Shown here: positions 52,503-61,863 of the stretch, piece after piece
How the letters are laid out: every line of letters starts with the position of its first letter
How positions within the stretch are numbered: position 1 is the first letter of the stretch
IMG/VR virus record: IMGVR_UViG_3300048496_000015
Length of the DNA stretch: 64,000 nucleotides
From: a virus
Taxonomy: Duplodnaviria; Heunggongvirae; Uroviricota; Caudoviricetes
Direction: 5' to 3' (one strand)
The notes under the pieces: generated by a model
Databases searched by the model: none
What the model was told of the DNA's origin: nothing
The model's input: only the letters and a program-made list of their open reading frames with translations
Position numbers and translations under genes: made by a program

Positions 52503-52799
52503 TTACTCTTCCTTCTTATCGCCCTTGCGGTAAGTGGATTTCAGGGCGAGTAGGCGCTTGCGGAGCTGGTACTCAACCTTACCCTGATCCTCCATGTCGC
52601 TGAGGATTGATGTCTCAGCTTTCAGAACTTCAAGGAAGTCAATCTTGTCACCCTCGATCAGCTGGCGCTGATCGAAGATCTCATTCAACAACTCAACAGC
52701 CACCAATGAAAGATTAGGCTTCTTTTCAACTTTGGTCTCCATGAGCGTTCTCCTTTGCTGCTCTACCTTATATTTCGTTGTTGAAGCGTTTACGATCAC
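52503..52799 (-). CDS. hypothetical protein
   Basis: 98-aa track ORF. Confidence 0.45.
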   Translation of the reverse strand: MIVNASTTKYKVEQQRRTLMETKVEKKPNLSLVAVELLNEIFDQRQLIEGDKIDFLEVLKAETSILSDMEDQGKVEYQLRKRLLALKSTYRKGDKKEE

Positions 52800-52882
52800 G
52801 TCGTTTCACAATCGAGCGGACTCTCCGGTTCTCGATCTTCTTGTCTTTGCGATCGGACGGACCACAATAACTACAATAACCT

Positions 52883-53107
52883 TTACAGGTCCTCACCCCG
52901 TGCTTGATCGGCTTCGGCATCTTCCTCGACCTCCTCTACTTCCTCTACTTGAAACGGTTTCAGCAACTCTTCCATCCGCGCCGCAACAACGCAAACTAGA
53001 GCGGCTATGATGTAGAGGGAAGCCTGCGCCGAGTCGTGCGGCCAGAAATAGCTGTATACAGCTACAGCCATAAAGAGCACAGCCATCGACACCCAGGCGA
53101 AGGTCAT
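52883..53107 (-). CDS. small membrane protein
   Basis: 74 aa, two hydrophobic stretches. Confidence 0.4.
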   Translation of the reverse strand: MTFAWVSMAVLFMAVAVYSYFWPHDSAQASLYIIAALVCVVAARMEELLKPFQVEEVEEVEEDAEADQARGEDL

Positions 53108-53276
53108 TGTTCGCGGAGCTCCTTTGCACGCGCCATCAAGGCGGCGTCTGCACGCTCACGGGCCTCATCCCAGAATTTGCTGGCTTCTTCTGTGGTGGGC
53201 GAGCGCCCGTACTTCTCCTCGAACTCCTGTCCAATCGCCTCGTAGTAAGTCCAGAGGTACTCTTTCATCATCCCCA

Positions 53277-53549
53277 TTACTTCACCTCCACAGTAACGGT
53301 TTTACGGGGTTTCTCTTTCTCGTACATCTTGCGCTCTGCTTCAACAACAGCGCGCTTGAGGAGCTTGGGAGGGACCTTCTTACCCTCCCTGTCCTTGATA
53401 TCGAAAATTTCATCTATAAACCAAACTGTACACATGCCGCCTGGATACGACACGGCGAACTCAGCCGCCGCGTTGTAACCAGCTCTCGGATTGAGCCCCC
53501 GAGAGGCCGGGACGGGCTTGTTGCCCTTGAACTTGATCCTGAATTTCAC
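53277..53549 (-). CDS. hypothetical protein
   Basis: 90-aa track ORF. Confidence 0.45.
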   Translation of the reverse strand: MKFRIKFKGNKPVPASRGLNPRAGYNAAAEFAVSYPGGMCTVWFIDEIFDIKDREGKKVPPKLLKRAVVEAERKMYEKEKPRKTVTVEVK

Positions 53550-53839
53550 TTCGCCTTGATCTCCACCGTGGTGCGGGCGCGTCTGATCAGTTTCTCAACA
53601 TCTTCCGCGCTCAACATCTCATCGACTTTAGGTTCAATGGTGTTGATGGTCTTTGTTACTCGGTACTTACCCTGATTAATGTGCCCGGTGTGAAGCTCCA
53701 AAACGACTTTCCGATCTTTCATCTTCAGATCCTTATCAATGTAATAACATATGTGCTTCCGCCCCCAGCCTATCACGCGCCGCAAGCGCCCGTAATCATC
53801 GCTTAGTTGTGCTGATCTCAGTGTCCAGCGCACCGCCAC
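53546..53839 (-). CDS. hypothetical protein
   Basis: 97-aa track ORF. Confidence 0.45.
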   Translation of the reverse strand: MAVRWTLRSAQLSDDYGRLRRVIGWGRKHICYYIDKDLKMKDRKVVLELHTGHINQGKYRVTKTINTIEPKVDEMLSAEDVEKLIRRARTTVEIKAK

Positions 53840-54171
53840 TTTTCCAAGCGATTGTCAATCGCTACTTTCCCTGTGAACATGGATTCTCTGAGCTTGTCGA
53901 GGAAAAGAGGATCAGCAGCAGCAATGGGAAGATAATTTGGTGTATTGATCACCGGAGCGTCGAGCTTGACCTCAACACCTTCACACTCAAGGACGATTAA
54001 CGGTTCTGCACGATATGAAATTACCCTTGTCAATCCGTCTGCTGCAACTTGCGCCCCAGCAATGAGTCTTCCCATTTCAAATTCGCTGAAAACGGTCCTG
54101 AGTATCTCATCCTTCTCGATGAAAGAGAGGACGACATCACCGATTGTCATTCGATTCGTTGTCGGCTTCAT
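53818..54171 (-). CDS. hypothetical protein
   Basis: 117-aa track ORF. Confidence 0.5.
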   Translation of the reverse strand: MKPTTNRMTIGDVVLSFIEKDEILRTVFSEFEMGRLIAGAQVAADGLTRVISYRAEPLIVLECEGVEVKLDAPVINTPNYLPIAAADPLFLDKLRESMFTGKVAIDNRLEKWRCAGH

Positions 54172-54394
54172 CGGCAGCTTCCCGCAAAAGATCGGAGATT
54201 CCGTCAGCCAGGGACACGGTGGAAGAGTGGTGATCTGTGACGATCTCGCCAGGACGCTCTGTCATGAAAGCTATCGTGCAAGCATCACAAACGATGTAAC
54301 TCTCAGGCTTCGTCTTAGGAATCTCTCCATTTTCACAAGGGCACATACAAGCCATATCACTGCCCTTGCAGTGCATCTGAGCTACACTAGCCAT
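54137..54394 (-). CDS. hypothetical Cys-containing acidic protein
   Basis: 85-aa track ORF. Confidence 0.45.
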   Translation of the reverse strand: MASVAQMHCKGSDMACMCPCENGEIPKTKPESYIVCDACTIAFMTERPGEIVTDHHSSTVSLADGISDLLREAADEADNESNDNR

Positions 54395-54814
54395 TTACTC
54401 CGCCCCTACCAGCCACATCGTGAGTCTGTACCCCATGGAAACCAAAGCACCCCAAGCTCCAACAAAGAATCCAAAGAGGAGTAGAACGACGAAACCAAGG
54501 AAATACTGTCCTGCTGTCGGGGGGTCCTTCTTCTGGGTTTCGGACTTCGGCCCGGTGCTAGCGGTTTCAGGTTCGTCCACAGGCGCTTCTCCCTTCATAG
54601 AACTCAGGATCTCCTTGGGAAGGAGATGCTCCGGGATGCTTCCGATAGGCCCGGATGTCTTCATTTTACGAGTCACCTCGTTAATGACCTGACAACCCAT
54701 CATGAGTTCTGGGTCATCCTCGTGGTCACTCAGGAATTTACTGGCTTCGTCATGCTTCTTCAACATGAGAAGGATCGTGTACTGCTTGAGAAGCCGTTCC
54801 CGTTCAGGGTCCAT
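54395..54814 (-). CDS. hypothetical protein with C-terminal TM anchor
   Basis: 139 aa; ...LGFVVLLLFGFFVGAWGALV at the C-terminus. Confidence 0.5.
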   Translation of the reverse strand: MDPERERLLKQYTILLMLKKHDEASKFLSDHEDDPELMMGCQVINEVTRKMKTSGPIGSIPEHLLPKEILSSMKGEAPVDEPETASTGPKSETQKKDPPTAGQYFLGFVVLLLFGFFVGAWGALVSMGYRLTMWLVGAE

Positions 54815-54818
54815 TGAT

Positions 54819-55019
54819 TTACCCCTCGATTTTTACGCAACCATTTTGGTGGATAGTAAACTTCTGTCCTTCTTTCAGGCCATAGCCTTTATCGATAGAC
54901 TTCACGATAAAGTACTGCTTGAATCTTTCCTCACGTTCCGTGGCAGCTCCAATCCACTTACCGTCACCGGAGCCGACTCGGAGCGTTCCTGTCCTTGTGT
55001 GGAACCAGACGTTGGCCAT
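54819..55019 (-). CDS. hypothetical protein
   Basis: 66-aa track ORF. Confidence 0.45.
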   Translation of the reverse strand: MANVWFHTRTGTLRVGSGDGKWIGAATEREERFKQYFIVKSIDKGYGLKEGQKFTIHQNGCVKIEG

Positions 55020-55112
55020 ATTTATTAAATACTCCTCATTATTGTGGTAAGCGGCCGCCTGACCACATCACCGCCAGAAAGGTCACAATCAACAAGAAAG
55101 CCCAAAACCCGA

Positions 55113-55367
55113 CTAGGAAGTCTTTACTCTCCGCTTTTTCTCGGCATCCAAGTCTTTCTTGATTTCGGTCAATTTTTTGTTGGCCCATTTCATCTCCTCT
55201 GATGTCGCAGGGCGAATGTTGATGGGGGTGCCTTCATCAAGGGCTACTTGAACAAACCCCCAGTCATATCGATATCGTCCGTTGACAGTGTAGAGGCAAC
55301 TCATGATAGTTCCACTATCGAAATAGTGGTTGCCTTTGAGGTAAAAAAGCTCAATTGCTTTCTTCAT
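55113..55367 (-). CDS. hypothetical protein
   Basis: 84-aa track ORF. Confidence 0.45.
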   Translation of the reverse strand: MKKAIELFYLKGNHYFDSGTIMSCLYTVNGRYRYDWGFVQVALDEGTPINIRPATSEEMKWANKKLTEIKKDLDAEKKRRVKTS

Positions 55368-55375
55368 TTGAACCC

Positions 55376-55654
55376 CTAATGAAGGTTATCTCTAACAGGT
55401 GCAAACCAACCGCCAGCGTCGACTTCAGCGTATAACTCCTGCGGACATTCATCGAGTGAAACTGAGTAAACGAAAAGGTTCCGCCACTCAGTACCCTCAC
55501 CACACCAGTCACACATTCTTCGCTCTTGAGTAATTGCTTCAATAGGGCTCCCAAATTTGAATGTGGAGCGGCGGTAACCACTACGGTACTGGCGCTTACC
55601 GAGTTTGTGCCCCATCTTCTCACAGTGTCTGAACAACTTCCGAAGCCATCTCAC
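55376..55654 (-). CDS. hypothetical Cys-containing protein
   Basis: 92-aa track ORF. Confidence 0.45.
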   Translation of the reverse strand: MRWLRKLFRHCEKMGHKLGKRQYRSGYRRSTFKFGSPIEAITQERRMCDWCGEGTEWRNLFVYSVSLDECPQELYAEVDAGGWFAPVRDNLH

Positions 55655-55665
55655 AGACCCCCCTG

Positions 55666-55914
55666 TCAGTATAGATCCTCACTCATGAGGATTGGATGAA
55701 GTTTCTGTACTTGACCAGCTTCAAAAGCAATCTTAGCTGCTTCCGCACGGTCAACGAACTTTCCGCATTCGGTGACAAATCCTTGAGTTCCCCTGACGGG
55801 AGCTGCTTTGGGTCCCAACTCTTTGACAATCTTCCCGATTACATCGCTGTGTCTTCGACCGGTCCAAACTGATCCTTCATGGAAGATCGCCGCTTCTTTG
55901 ATTCTTAGTTCCAC
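55666..55914 (-). CDS. hypothetical protein
   Basis: 82-aa track ORF. Confidence 0.45.
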   Translation of the reverse strand: MELRIKEAAIFHEGSVWTGRRHSDVIGKIVKELGPKAAPVRGTQGFVTECGKFVDRAEAAKIAFEAGQVQKLHPILMSEDLY

Positions 55915-56249
55915 TTGCCCTCCAGGAGATCCTTGATCGTCGCATCGATCGCCTTGATCAGGGGTTCAAGATTGGAAATATCCTTGGCGGAAATAGCGCA
56001 CGTGTTATCCTTGTAGAGAGTTTTCTTCTCCACGTTGTAATTCCAGGAATAATAGAGATCGGTACTGACGGGTTTACTGTGATAACCTTTCCGGCCAGTT
56101 CCTGCTACAAACCAAAGATCAACCATGAACGTCGGTACAGCGTCCGGATGTTCAATCCCCTTCTTCCTCACCTTGCGGGGAATAATGGTCCGTACCTTGA
56201 ACTTAGCAACAGTGCCAGGAACAATGCGTTCGATGGTAGGAAGCTTCAT
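55905..56249 (-). CDS. hypothetical protein
   Basis: 114-aa track ORF. Confidence 0.5.
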   Translation of the reverse strand: MKLPTIERIVPGTVAKFKVRTIIPRKVRKKGIEHPDAVPTFMVDLWFVAGTGRKGYHSKPVSTDLYYSWNYNVEKKTLYKDNTCAISAKDISNLEPLIKAIDATIKDLLEGKWN

Positions 56250-56263
56250 TTCACCTCCGGGAC

Positions 56264-56436
56264 ATATTTTACGATATGGTGTTTCTACAGCGACAGTCCC
56301 ACCCAGCGTGACCTATGTTATCCAAAGCCTCATCGGCATGGAAGTCATTTGAGTAAACCGCCATACGGTCCTCATGGTCGATGTAGATTGACCCATTATC
56401 ACAAAGGATAACGTAAAGAGGTTTAGATTCGAGTTT
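56264..56436 (-). CDS. small protein (57 aa)
   Basis: MKLESKPLYVILCDNGSIYIDHEDRMAVYSNDFHADEALDNIGHAGWDCRC... Confidence 0.3.
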
Positions 56437-56675
56437 CATCTCTTCATCTCCACGACCACAACGTCAACGTATTCTCCTGAGCGTCGGTCTCGGACACGCC
56501 AAACGCCACGTCCATAGGCCACGGTAGAAAACGGCCCCTCGAACTCGGTTACAAACGAGACGGCTTCCTCATGATCTCCGTGCACGGTTGCGTCGATGAA
56601 GGGACTGTCTAGTCCTCCGGCGACTCCCTTTGGATTCACGATATGGAAGGACCTCACCAGTTGTCTCCCTTTCAC
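56436..56675 (-). CDS. hypothetical protein
   Basis: 79-aa track ORF. Confidence 0.45.
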   Translation of the reverse strand: MKGRQLVRSFHIVNPKGVAGGLDSPFIDATVHGDHEEAVSFVTEFEGPFSTVAYGRGVWRVRDRRSGEYVDVVVVEMKR

Positions 56676-56728
56676 TATACTTCTTAATCTTGCGATAAAG
56701 TGAGCGCAAGACCTTCATATCCGGCATT

Positions 56729-57412
56729 TTACTTGCCATAGACCTGTACCAAAGCTTTCTTGATGTGGTCACATTGGCCTACGGGCTTCTTCTTCGCGTG
56801 GTGAAACCGGAAACCGGGACAGGTGCACTCAGCGTAGCTCGTATCAAGATCAATTGAAATGTGATAGGGATCCCCTTTAGATCCCAAAATCTCAATTACC
56901 TTGGTCGAGGGATCCGAATCGTCAGGTATCACGGCCCCCTTCTCACGCTCCTGAGGAGTCTGATACTTCATCCCAAGCGCCTTGAACACGTCCTCTTCCG
57001 TGCGCGAGGCGATATTGTCTTTGTCGCGGAAAACGCCGTACTGGTTTAGGAGCAGATTTCGTCCTCTCGCACGGGCTCTCATCGCGACAGCTAGTTGGTG
57101 AGGCCCAGTAGCATAACAGAGCATCGCCCCCCAGTGCTCGTCGTCGGTGGTCCAAACCTGGACCTCAATCTCCTTGAAGAGGCCCATCATCCGCTTTTCG
57201 CCGCCCGTGAAACCAAGCTCGCGGAGAGCCTCAAACATCGGGGTGGAGGGGTGAGCCACAACGTCAATGTCCCCGGCCGTCTTCTTACCCCGCCGCAAGC
57301 TCCCACAGATCAAGACCCTGGTGGTGAGGGGAGTTATGATTGCCTCAAGCTCCTCTGCGATGGGTCGGACGACAGAAGAGGGGTGCCGTTTCCTATCCTT
57401 TTTGTTTCCCAT
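56729..57412 (-). CDS. minimal DNA polymerase X (Pol-beta-like nucleotidyltransferase) with C-terminal SWIM zinc finger
   Basis: ICGSLRRGKKTAGDIDVV Pol X motif; MLCYATGPHQ...LLNQYGVF; SWIM-like CTCPGFRFHH...CDH. Confidence 0.75.
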   Translation of the reverse strand: MGNKKDRKRHPSSVVRPIAEELEAIITPLTTRVLICGSLRRGKKTAGDIDVVAHPSTPMFEALRELGFTGGEKRMMGLFKEIEVQVWTTDDEHWGAMLCYATGPHQLAVAMRARARGRNLLLNQYGVFRDKDNIASRTEEDVFKALGMKYQTPQEREKGAVIPDDSDPSTKVIEILGSKGDPYHISIDLDTSYAECTCPGFRFHHAKKKPVGQCDHIKKALVQVYGK

Positions 57413-57422
57413 CTTGTCCCTT

Positions 57423-57583
57423 TACCCGTAATAGACGTGGGTAGTTATCTCTTCCTCCTCGATCTTGCAACGCCGACATTTGCGCCGATGATAGACGTGG
57501 GCCCAAGAGATTGCTTTATTAACAGTCTCTTTCCACTTGTGTCCGAGCCACCGGCATAGAAAAAGCTTCAGGGTTTTCAACAT
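57423..57583 (-). CDS. small basic Cys protein (53 aa)
   Basis: MLKTLKLFLCRWLGHKWKETVNKAISWAHVYHRRKCRRCK...; contains 12-nt direct repeat GATAGACGTGGG x2. Confidence 0.3.
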
Positions 57584-58239
57584 CAGATGCTTACGACCTC
57601 TTCACTCTTCTGGAAGGAGCGGCGAGGAAGGATCGGGCCGGTGGGCTGGACGCCAAGAGGATTCCTGGTGTACCCCACAAACCATGGAGCGTGCGAGGGC
57701 ATTGAGAGCCGCATAAAGCCACGTTCCGTCTGATCCTCCATAGGGAGGGACTCATGGACACAGAGAGGATTCATCCAGTAAGCCGTGTTGGGCTGCAGCG
57801 TGGTTGCGCTCTCGGGGTGCGCTTGGCTGTGTAGGTGCTCACATTCGCCCTCGGATTTCGGCCAGCCATTGAAGGTCTGGTTCCAGGCGCGACAACCTGC
57901 GGGATTGGAAACGGTGATCATCCCTTTACCTGCCCAAGGTGCCCCACCACCCCAACCGCCAGCGCCGTCTTTGTAAATCCCATCGACATGGAGCCCGGGA
58001 CGACGAAGACTCTCACCAGAGCTGAGGTCACGCTCATCAATGGTAAGATACCCAACACCCTTCTTGACGTAACTCATATTGAAGAGTCCCGCCACAGCTC
58101 GCTTGTAGCGACTGAGGGCCGCAGGAAGAGAATTGATATCGTTCATGATGATAGGCATCATCATGATCCGAGTCCCTGAGAAGGGAGGAAGGACGATTCT
58201 TCCTACTTCACGGAAACGGGAATTGAAACTGGTTCGCAT
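57583..58239 (-). CDS. hypothetical protein (weak 2OG-Fe(II)-oxygenase-like HxD motif)
   Basis: 218 aa; PGLHVDG plus downstream His residues, assignment tentative. Confidence 0.5.
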   Translation of the reverse strand: MRTSFNSRFREVGRIVLPPFSGTRIMMMPIIMNDINSLPAALSRYKRAVAGLFNMSYVKKGVGYLTIDERDLSSGESLRRPGLHVDGIYKDGAGGWGGGAPWAGKGMITVSNPAGCRAWNQTFNGWPKSEGECEHLHSQAHPESATTLQPNTAYWMNPLCVHESLPMEDQTERGFMRLSMPSHAPWFVGYTRNPLGVQPTGPILPRRSFQKSEEVVSI

Positions 58240-58472
58240 TATAAACCTTTCACCATTTCGGAACCTTCACGCGCGGTCACGATATCAATCAGTTTTTGAC
58301 GAGACGACAACTGTAAACGGATAGGTAGAGTTGCCGTTAACCAAGCCAAAAGGATGTCGGTATCAGCTTTTGGGTTAACGAGCTCGATTATCAGATCCAG
58401 TTGGGTGGCTGTAGATGATTCTACTAGATTGTAGATATCGTCAATTGCTGTTTGCTTATCCTCAGGACTCAT
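58239..58472 (-). CDS. hypothetical protein
   Basis: 77-aa track ORF. Confidence 0.4.
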   Translation of the reverse strand: MSPEDKQTAIDDIYNLVESSTATQLDLIIELVNPKADTDILLAWLTATLPIRLQLSSRQKLIDIVTAREGSEMVKGL

Positions 58473-58539
58473 CCCTTCACCTCGAACAGATGCCAGATCA
58501 ACTCTCCCTTTATTGGGACCTCGTACTTGAAGACCTTTC

Positions 58540-58722
58540 TCACTTTATCTCCTTCGCAACGACGGAGACTACTTTACCATCAGCCCAGCCCCATTTCCAC
58601 ATCTGTTCTCTGGCCCACTCCTTGGCAAGTTCGCCATCAGGAGCGAGTGCTTCGATGTTGATCACAGGCTTGGATTTGGCTTCCTTGAGCTGAAGCATGA
58701 ACGGAACGCTGCGACGAGTCAT
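58540..58722 (-). CDS. hypothetical protein
   Basis: 60-aa track ORF. Confidence 0.4.
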   Translation of the reverse strand: MTRRSVPFMLQLKEAKSKPVINIEALAPDGELAKEWAREQMWKWGWADGKVVSVVAKEIK

Positions 58723-58731
58723 GTTTTCTCC

Positions 58732-58956
58732 TTATTTCAGGGAGTCCAGCGCGAGATTGATCATCAGATCATTCTCCTCTGATAATCTCGACGCGAGTTT
58801 CTTAACACAGATTTCACATCTCGTTGGTTGAGTAGGGACATTCACCCCGAAACCAAAAGAAGCGAGTTGGTCACAAATGTAACACTTCAGCTCATCGGGG
58901 GGACACCAGAAGATCTTCCACCCCGATGTAAAACTGCCAAGTTCGAGCATCTCCAT
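58732..58956 (-). CDS. small zinc-ribbon protein
   Basis: ...CYICDQ...CEICVKK. Confidence 0.45.
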   Translation of the reverse strand: MEMLELGSFTSGWKIFWCPPDELKCYICDQLASFGFGVNVPTQPTRCEICVKKLASRLSEENDLMINLALDSLK

Positions 58957-58959
58957 AAC

Positions 58960-59103
58960 TTAGGGATAGTAAGATCCGCCGTCCATGACGCGGGCAATAG
59001 TAAAAAGGGCCCAAGCTAGAAGAGCGAGCCCGCCTCCGATTGCGAGGCCGAGACAGCCGAGACCAGAAGCGATCTTCCCACCGATATTGTCTGGATCTTC
59101 CAT
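58960..59103 (-). CDS. small membrane peptide (47 aa)
   Basis: MEDPDNIGGKIASGLGCLGLAIGGGLALLAWALFTIARVMDGGSYYP. Confidence 0.35.
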   Translation of the reverse strand: MEDPDNIGGKIASGLGCLGLAIGGGLALLAWALFTIARVMDGGSYYP

Positions 59104-60156
59104 TTACTTGACAACCTCTCGGACAGCCCAGCCGATGTTCGGAGACAGTGCGAGCGTCTCGGGGTTCTGAACGACGGAACTGACACCAGCCAGAAGCTCC
59201 ATGTTATAGATCTGGCCGTAGTAGTTCCATTCGAACGGGACCTTCGACAGCGAGCTCGGATATTGCCGTTCCGACAGGCCATCTCCATATTCGAGATTGG
59301 ACAGGCCCATCTTGGGGTTCTGAATGAGATCGTCGTCTCTTCCCCACTCTTGACGGACGTAAGGGAAGAGTGTATTGATCCAGCCGGAAACTTTTGAAAC
59401 AGCACCTGATCCACGACCGGAGTTTTTCTTATAGAAGGATTCCCACCACTCTCGATCGACCTTGCCCTTGGCTGCCGAGACGAAGCCGTCCAGAACTCGC
59501 GTGAGCGGCATCGTCCACCAGGAAAGGTCTGCCTCGCCCTTGAACATCCAACCTTCGATCTTGGCGCGGAGCTTTTCCCAGTCCTCGACCTTACCAGTCA
59601 GTTCGATATCGGGAATGCCACACATCGTCATCATTCCGTATTCGAAGTAAGACTGCATGGAGTCCATAAGGACGACCTCAGAAGCGGCTTTCTCGACCAC
59701 TCCAGTCGTTGAGAAATCGGAAACGATCATTTGGTGATTAGCGTTGCCGATGTAACTCTTGATCTTCTCGGAGAATTCCGCAAAAGCGCCTTCCCAGTCG
59801 TTGTCCTCGGCACCCTTGAGGAAGCTGTCTCGGCGAACGATGATCTTGACTTTCCCCTCATGATCAACGAACTGCTTCCGGACGGCTTCTGCATGCCGGT
59901 TGATGTGGGTGGCCAGACCTTGCGAGAGGGTAATCCAGATCGAATCCGGTGACAGGACGAGCGGATAATGCTCTGCAAACGAGGTTCCAACCGCACCGAC
60001 CAACTGGTGAGATGGCGTCCACGCGAGTACTTCACCCTTGGGGACACGCGATACCGCCTCAAGAGGCGAGTGGGCCAGATTTTCGAAATGTTTCTTGTAT
60101 GCCCCGACTTGAGCGGCGTGCGTTTTCTTCTCAACTTTCGATAGCGTGAAGTGCAT
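59104..60156 (-). CDS. hypothetical protein (350 aa)
   Basis: long track ORF. Confidence 0.6.
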   Translation of the reverse strand: MHFTLSKVEKKTHAAQVGAYKKHFENLAHSPLEAVSRVPKGEVLAWTPSHQLVGAVGTSFAEHYPLVLSPDSIWITLSQGLATHINRHAEAVRKQFVDHEGKVKIIVRRDSFLKGAEDNDWEGAFAEFSEKIKSYIGNANHQMIVSDFSTTGVVEKAASEVVLMDSMQSYFEYGMMTMCGIPDIELTGKVEDWEKLRAKIEGWMFKGEADLSWWTMPLTRVLDGFVSAAKGKVDREWWESFYKKNSGRGSGAVSKVSGWINTLFPYVRQEWGRDDDLIQNPKMGLSNLEYGDGLSERQYPSSLSKVPFEWNYYGQIYNMELLAGVSSVVQNPETLALSPNIGWAVREVVK

Positions 60157-60215
60157 GAATTTTCTCCTTAGTTAGAAAAGGGGCCGGGAGGAGAGTCTCC
60201 CGGCCCCTCGGTTAG

Positions 60216-60623
60216 TTACGGCTTATCCGGTCCGCGCTGACCCTGACGACCCTTGATTTCGCTATGAGAGGCGTCCTGGCAATTCGAGGCGTGCGTAGCT
60301 TTGATGATATTGCGGTTGGACGAGAAGAAACTCAAACGCCAACCAGCAACCTTCGCGCTGTAAGAGTGACCGACCTTGAGACGGGCATACCTGTCGGACG
60401 AATCCCAACTTCCGAAGAGGAGAGTATCCGCGACTTCGAAGGTCTCGACGTTCGAACCCGACTCGGTAAAAACGAGCCACTTCGAATCTTGACCCTTCGT
60501 GAAGCGCTCCTTGTCCGTGACGGTAAACGTCGCGGAATCCTCGGACCCCAAGTAAGCGACAGGATACACAACGATGAGGCCGATGACAAACAGCGCGACC
60601 CCGATGACAGCCAAATTCTTCAC
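60216..60623 (-). CDS. membrane-anchored protein (N-terminal TM helix)
   Basis: MKNLAVIGVALFVIGLIVVYPVAYL... Confidence 0.5.
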   Translation of the reverse strand: MKNLAVIGVALFVIGLIVVYPVAYLGSEDSATFTVTDKERFTKGQDSKWLVFTESGSNVETFEVADTLLFGSWDSSDRYARLKVGHSYSAKVAGWRLSFFSSNRNIIKATHASNCQDASHSEIKGRQGQRGPDKP

Positions 60624-60651
60624 AACATCCTCCGTAAAAGAAGTTCAAATA

Positions 60652-60837
60652 CTACTTGAGCCGACCAATATCCAACTTCTGATCAAACGATTTGAGCAGG
60701 TTACCATCAACCACGGCGAAATCCCCAGGATTTGCCGACTTACTGAGACTGAGAAGTTCGTCTCGGGTCATGCGATATAGAACCGGTTCTTCATCCTCCC
60801 TTTCACATGAGAAAACAAGCCAAGTCTTTTTACCCAT
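60652..60837 (-). CDS. hypothetical protein
   Basis: 61-aa track ORF. Confidence 0.4.
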   Translation of the reverse strand: MGKKTWLVFSCEREDEEPVLYRMTRDELLSLSKSANPGDFAVVDGNLLKSFDQKLDIGRLK

Positions 60838-61412
60838 TAGAAACCTTCCCGTTGTCCAACAAGGATCTCATTGACAACGAGCTTCTTGATCGCATCGGTG
60901 AAGATCCTGAGACCCACCTCACTGTCAATGTGATATGACCTCACATATCCACGCGGTTTGATGTGAACAGCTGTGTCGTGCTTCTTGACGGGTGACCACA
61001 ACTCATCAGCCTTCACAAACCGCTTCCCCTGCATGACCGACTCAGGGAGTTGCTTGTTCTTGACGAAGTGCTCGAATTGTTTCTTCTCACTGTGGTGAAC
61101 AAGAAGGTCGTCCTTCTCATCGTAGTAATCCGCCCACTCTTCTGGAGGTGGGCACGCACAATGACCAGCAACCCGAATGTCGGTCTTCCCTACTGGGTCC
61201 TCATAGAGATCTTGCGCCACATGGAGCGGTACACGACCTTCGACCACCCAATAATACCAAGCGCGGGTAAATTCGAAATCCCCAAGCTTCCCCATCTTGG
61301 TGTAAGGGACCTCACCCTTGTGAGGAGGGGCGTCAATGACCGGTATTCGGACTCTCTTGAGCTCGTCCAAGATAAACTTATCGGCGTCTTTGTCGCCCGC
61401 AAGATTCTTCAT
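60837..61412 (-). CDS. hypothetical protein
   Basis: 191-aa track ORF. Confidence 0.55.
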   Translation of the reverse strand: MKNLAGDKDADKFILDELKRVRIPVIDAPPHKGEVPYTKMGKLGDFEFTRAWYYWVVEGRVPLHVAQDLYEDPVGKTDIRVAGHCACPPPEEWADYYDEKDDLLVHHSEKKQFEHFVKNKQLPESVMQGKRFVKADELWSPVKKHDTAVHIKPRGYVRSYHIDSEVGLRIFTDAIKKLVVNEILVGQREGF

Positions 61413-61618
61413 GGAGTGAACCTCTTCTTGAATCTGAGTCCGTTAATGAAATCTTCGGCCCTCTGAAGGCGTTCTCGAGAGTCGAGAGTGGACATTGTAC
61501 TTCCCGTCCAATCGGCCCTCCGGACGAGCTCCGTTCGGACCTCCTGGATCTCCTTTAAGAGGAGTTCGAGGACGGTGAGGACTGTCCGTTCATAACCGTG
61601 TCTTTCCTCTTCGTCCAT
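61409..61618 (-). CDS. hypothetical protein
   Basis: 69-aa track ORF. Confidence 0.45.
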   Translation of the reverse strand: MDEEERHGYERTVLTVLELLLKEIQEVRTELVRRADWTGSTMSTLDSRERLQRAEDFINGLRFKKRFTP

Positions 61619-61863
61619 TATTCCTTCCCCTTTAATTCCTCAACCCTGCGTTCAAGCCGATAGATGTCGCTTTTCAGAGGAGCGACTACTTTTTTGACTC
61701 TGTCCTCGTAAGCGAGCTCCCAGTGAATACAAGATTCTACCTGGAAACCTATAACGACGACAACAATCAGGATGAAAATAGCCAGCACCTTCTGACCAAG
61801 GTTGAGGTCTTCATTATCACTCATCTTAACGTTCTTTCGGATTGAACACGCAGTCCTTGGCAT
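61618..61863 (-). CDS. small membrane protein
   Basis: 81 aa with central TM helix. Confidence 0.45.
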   Translation of the reverse strand: MPRTACSIRKNVKMSDNEDLNLGQKVLAIFILIVVVVIGFQVESCIHWELAYEDRVKKVVAPLKSDIYRLERRVEELKGKE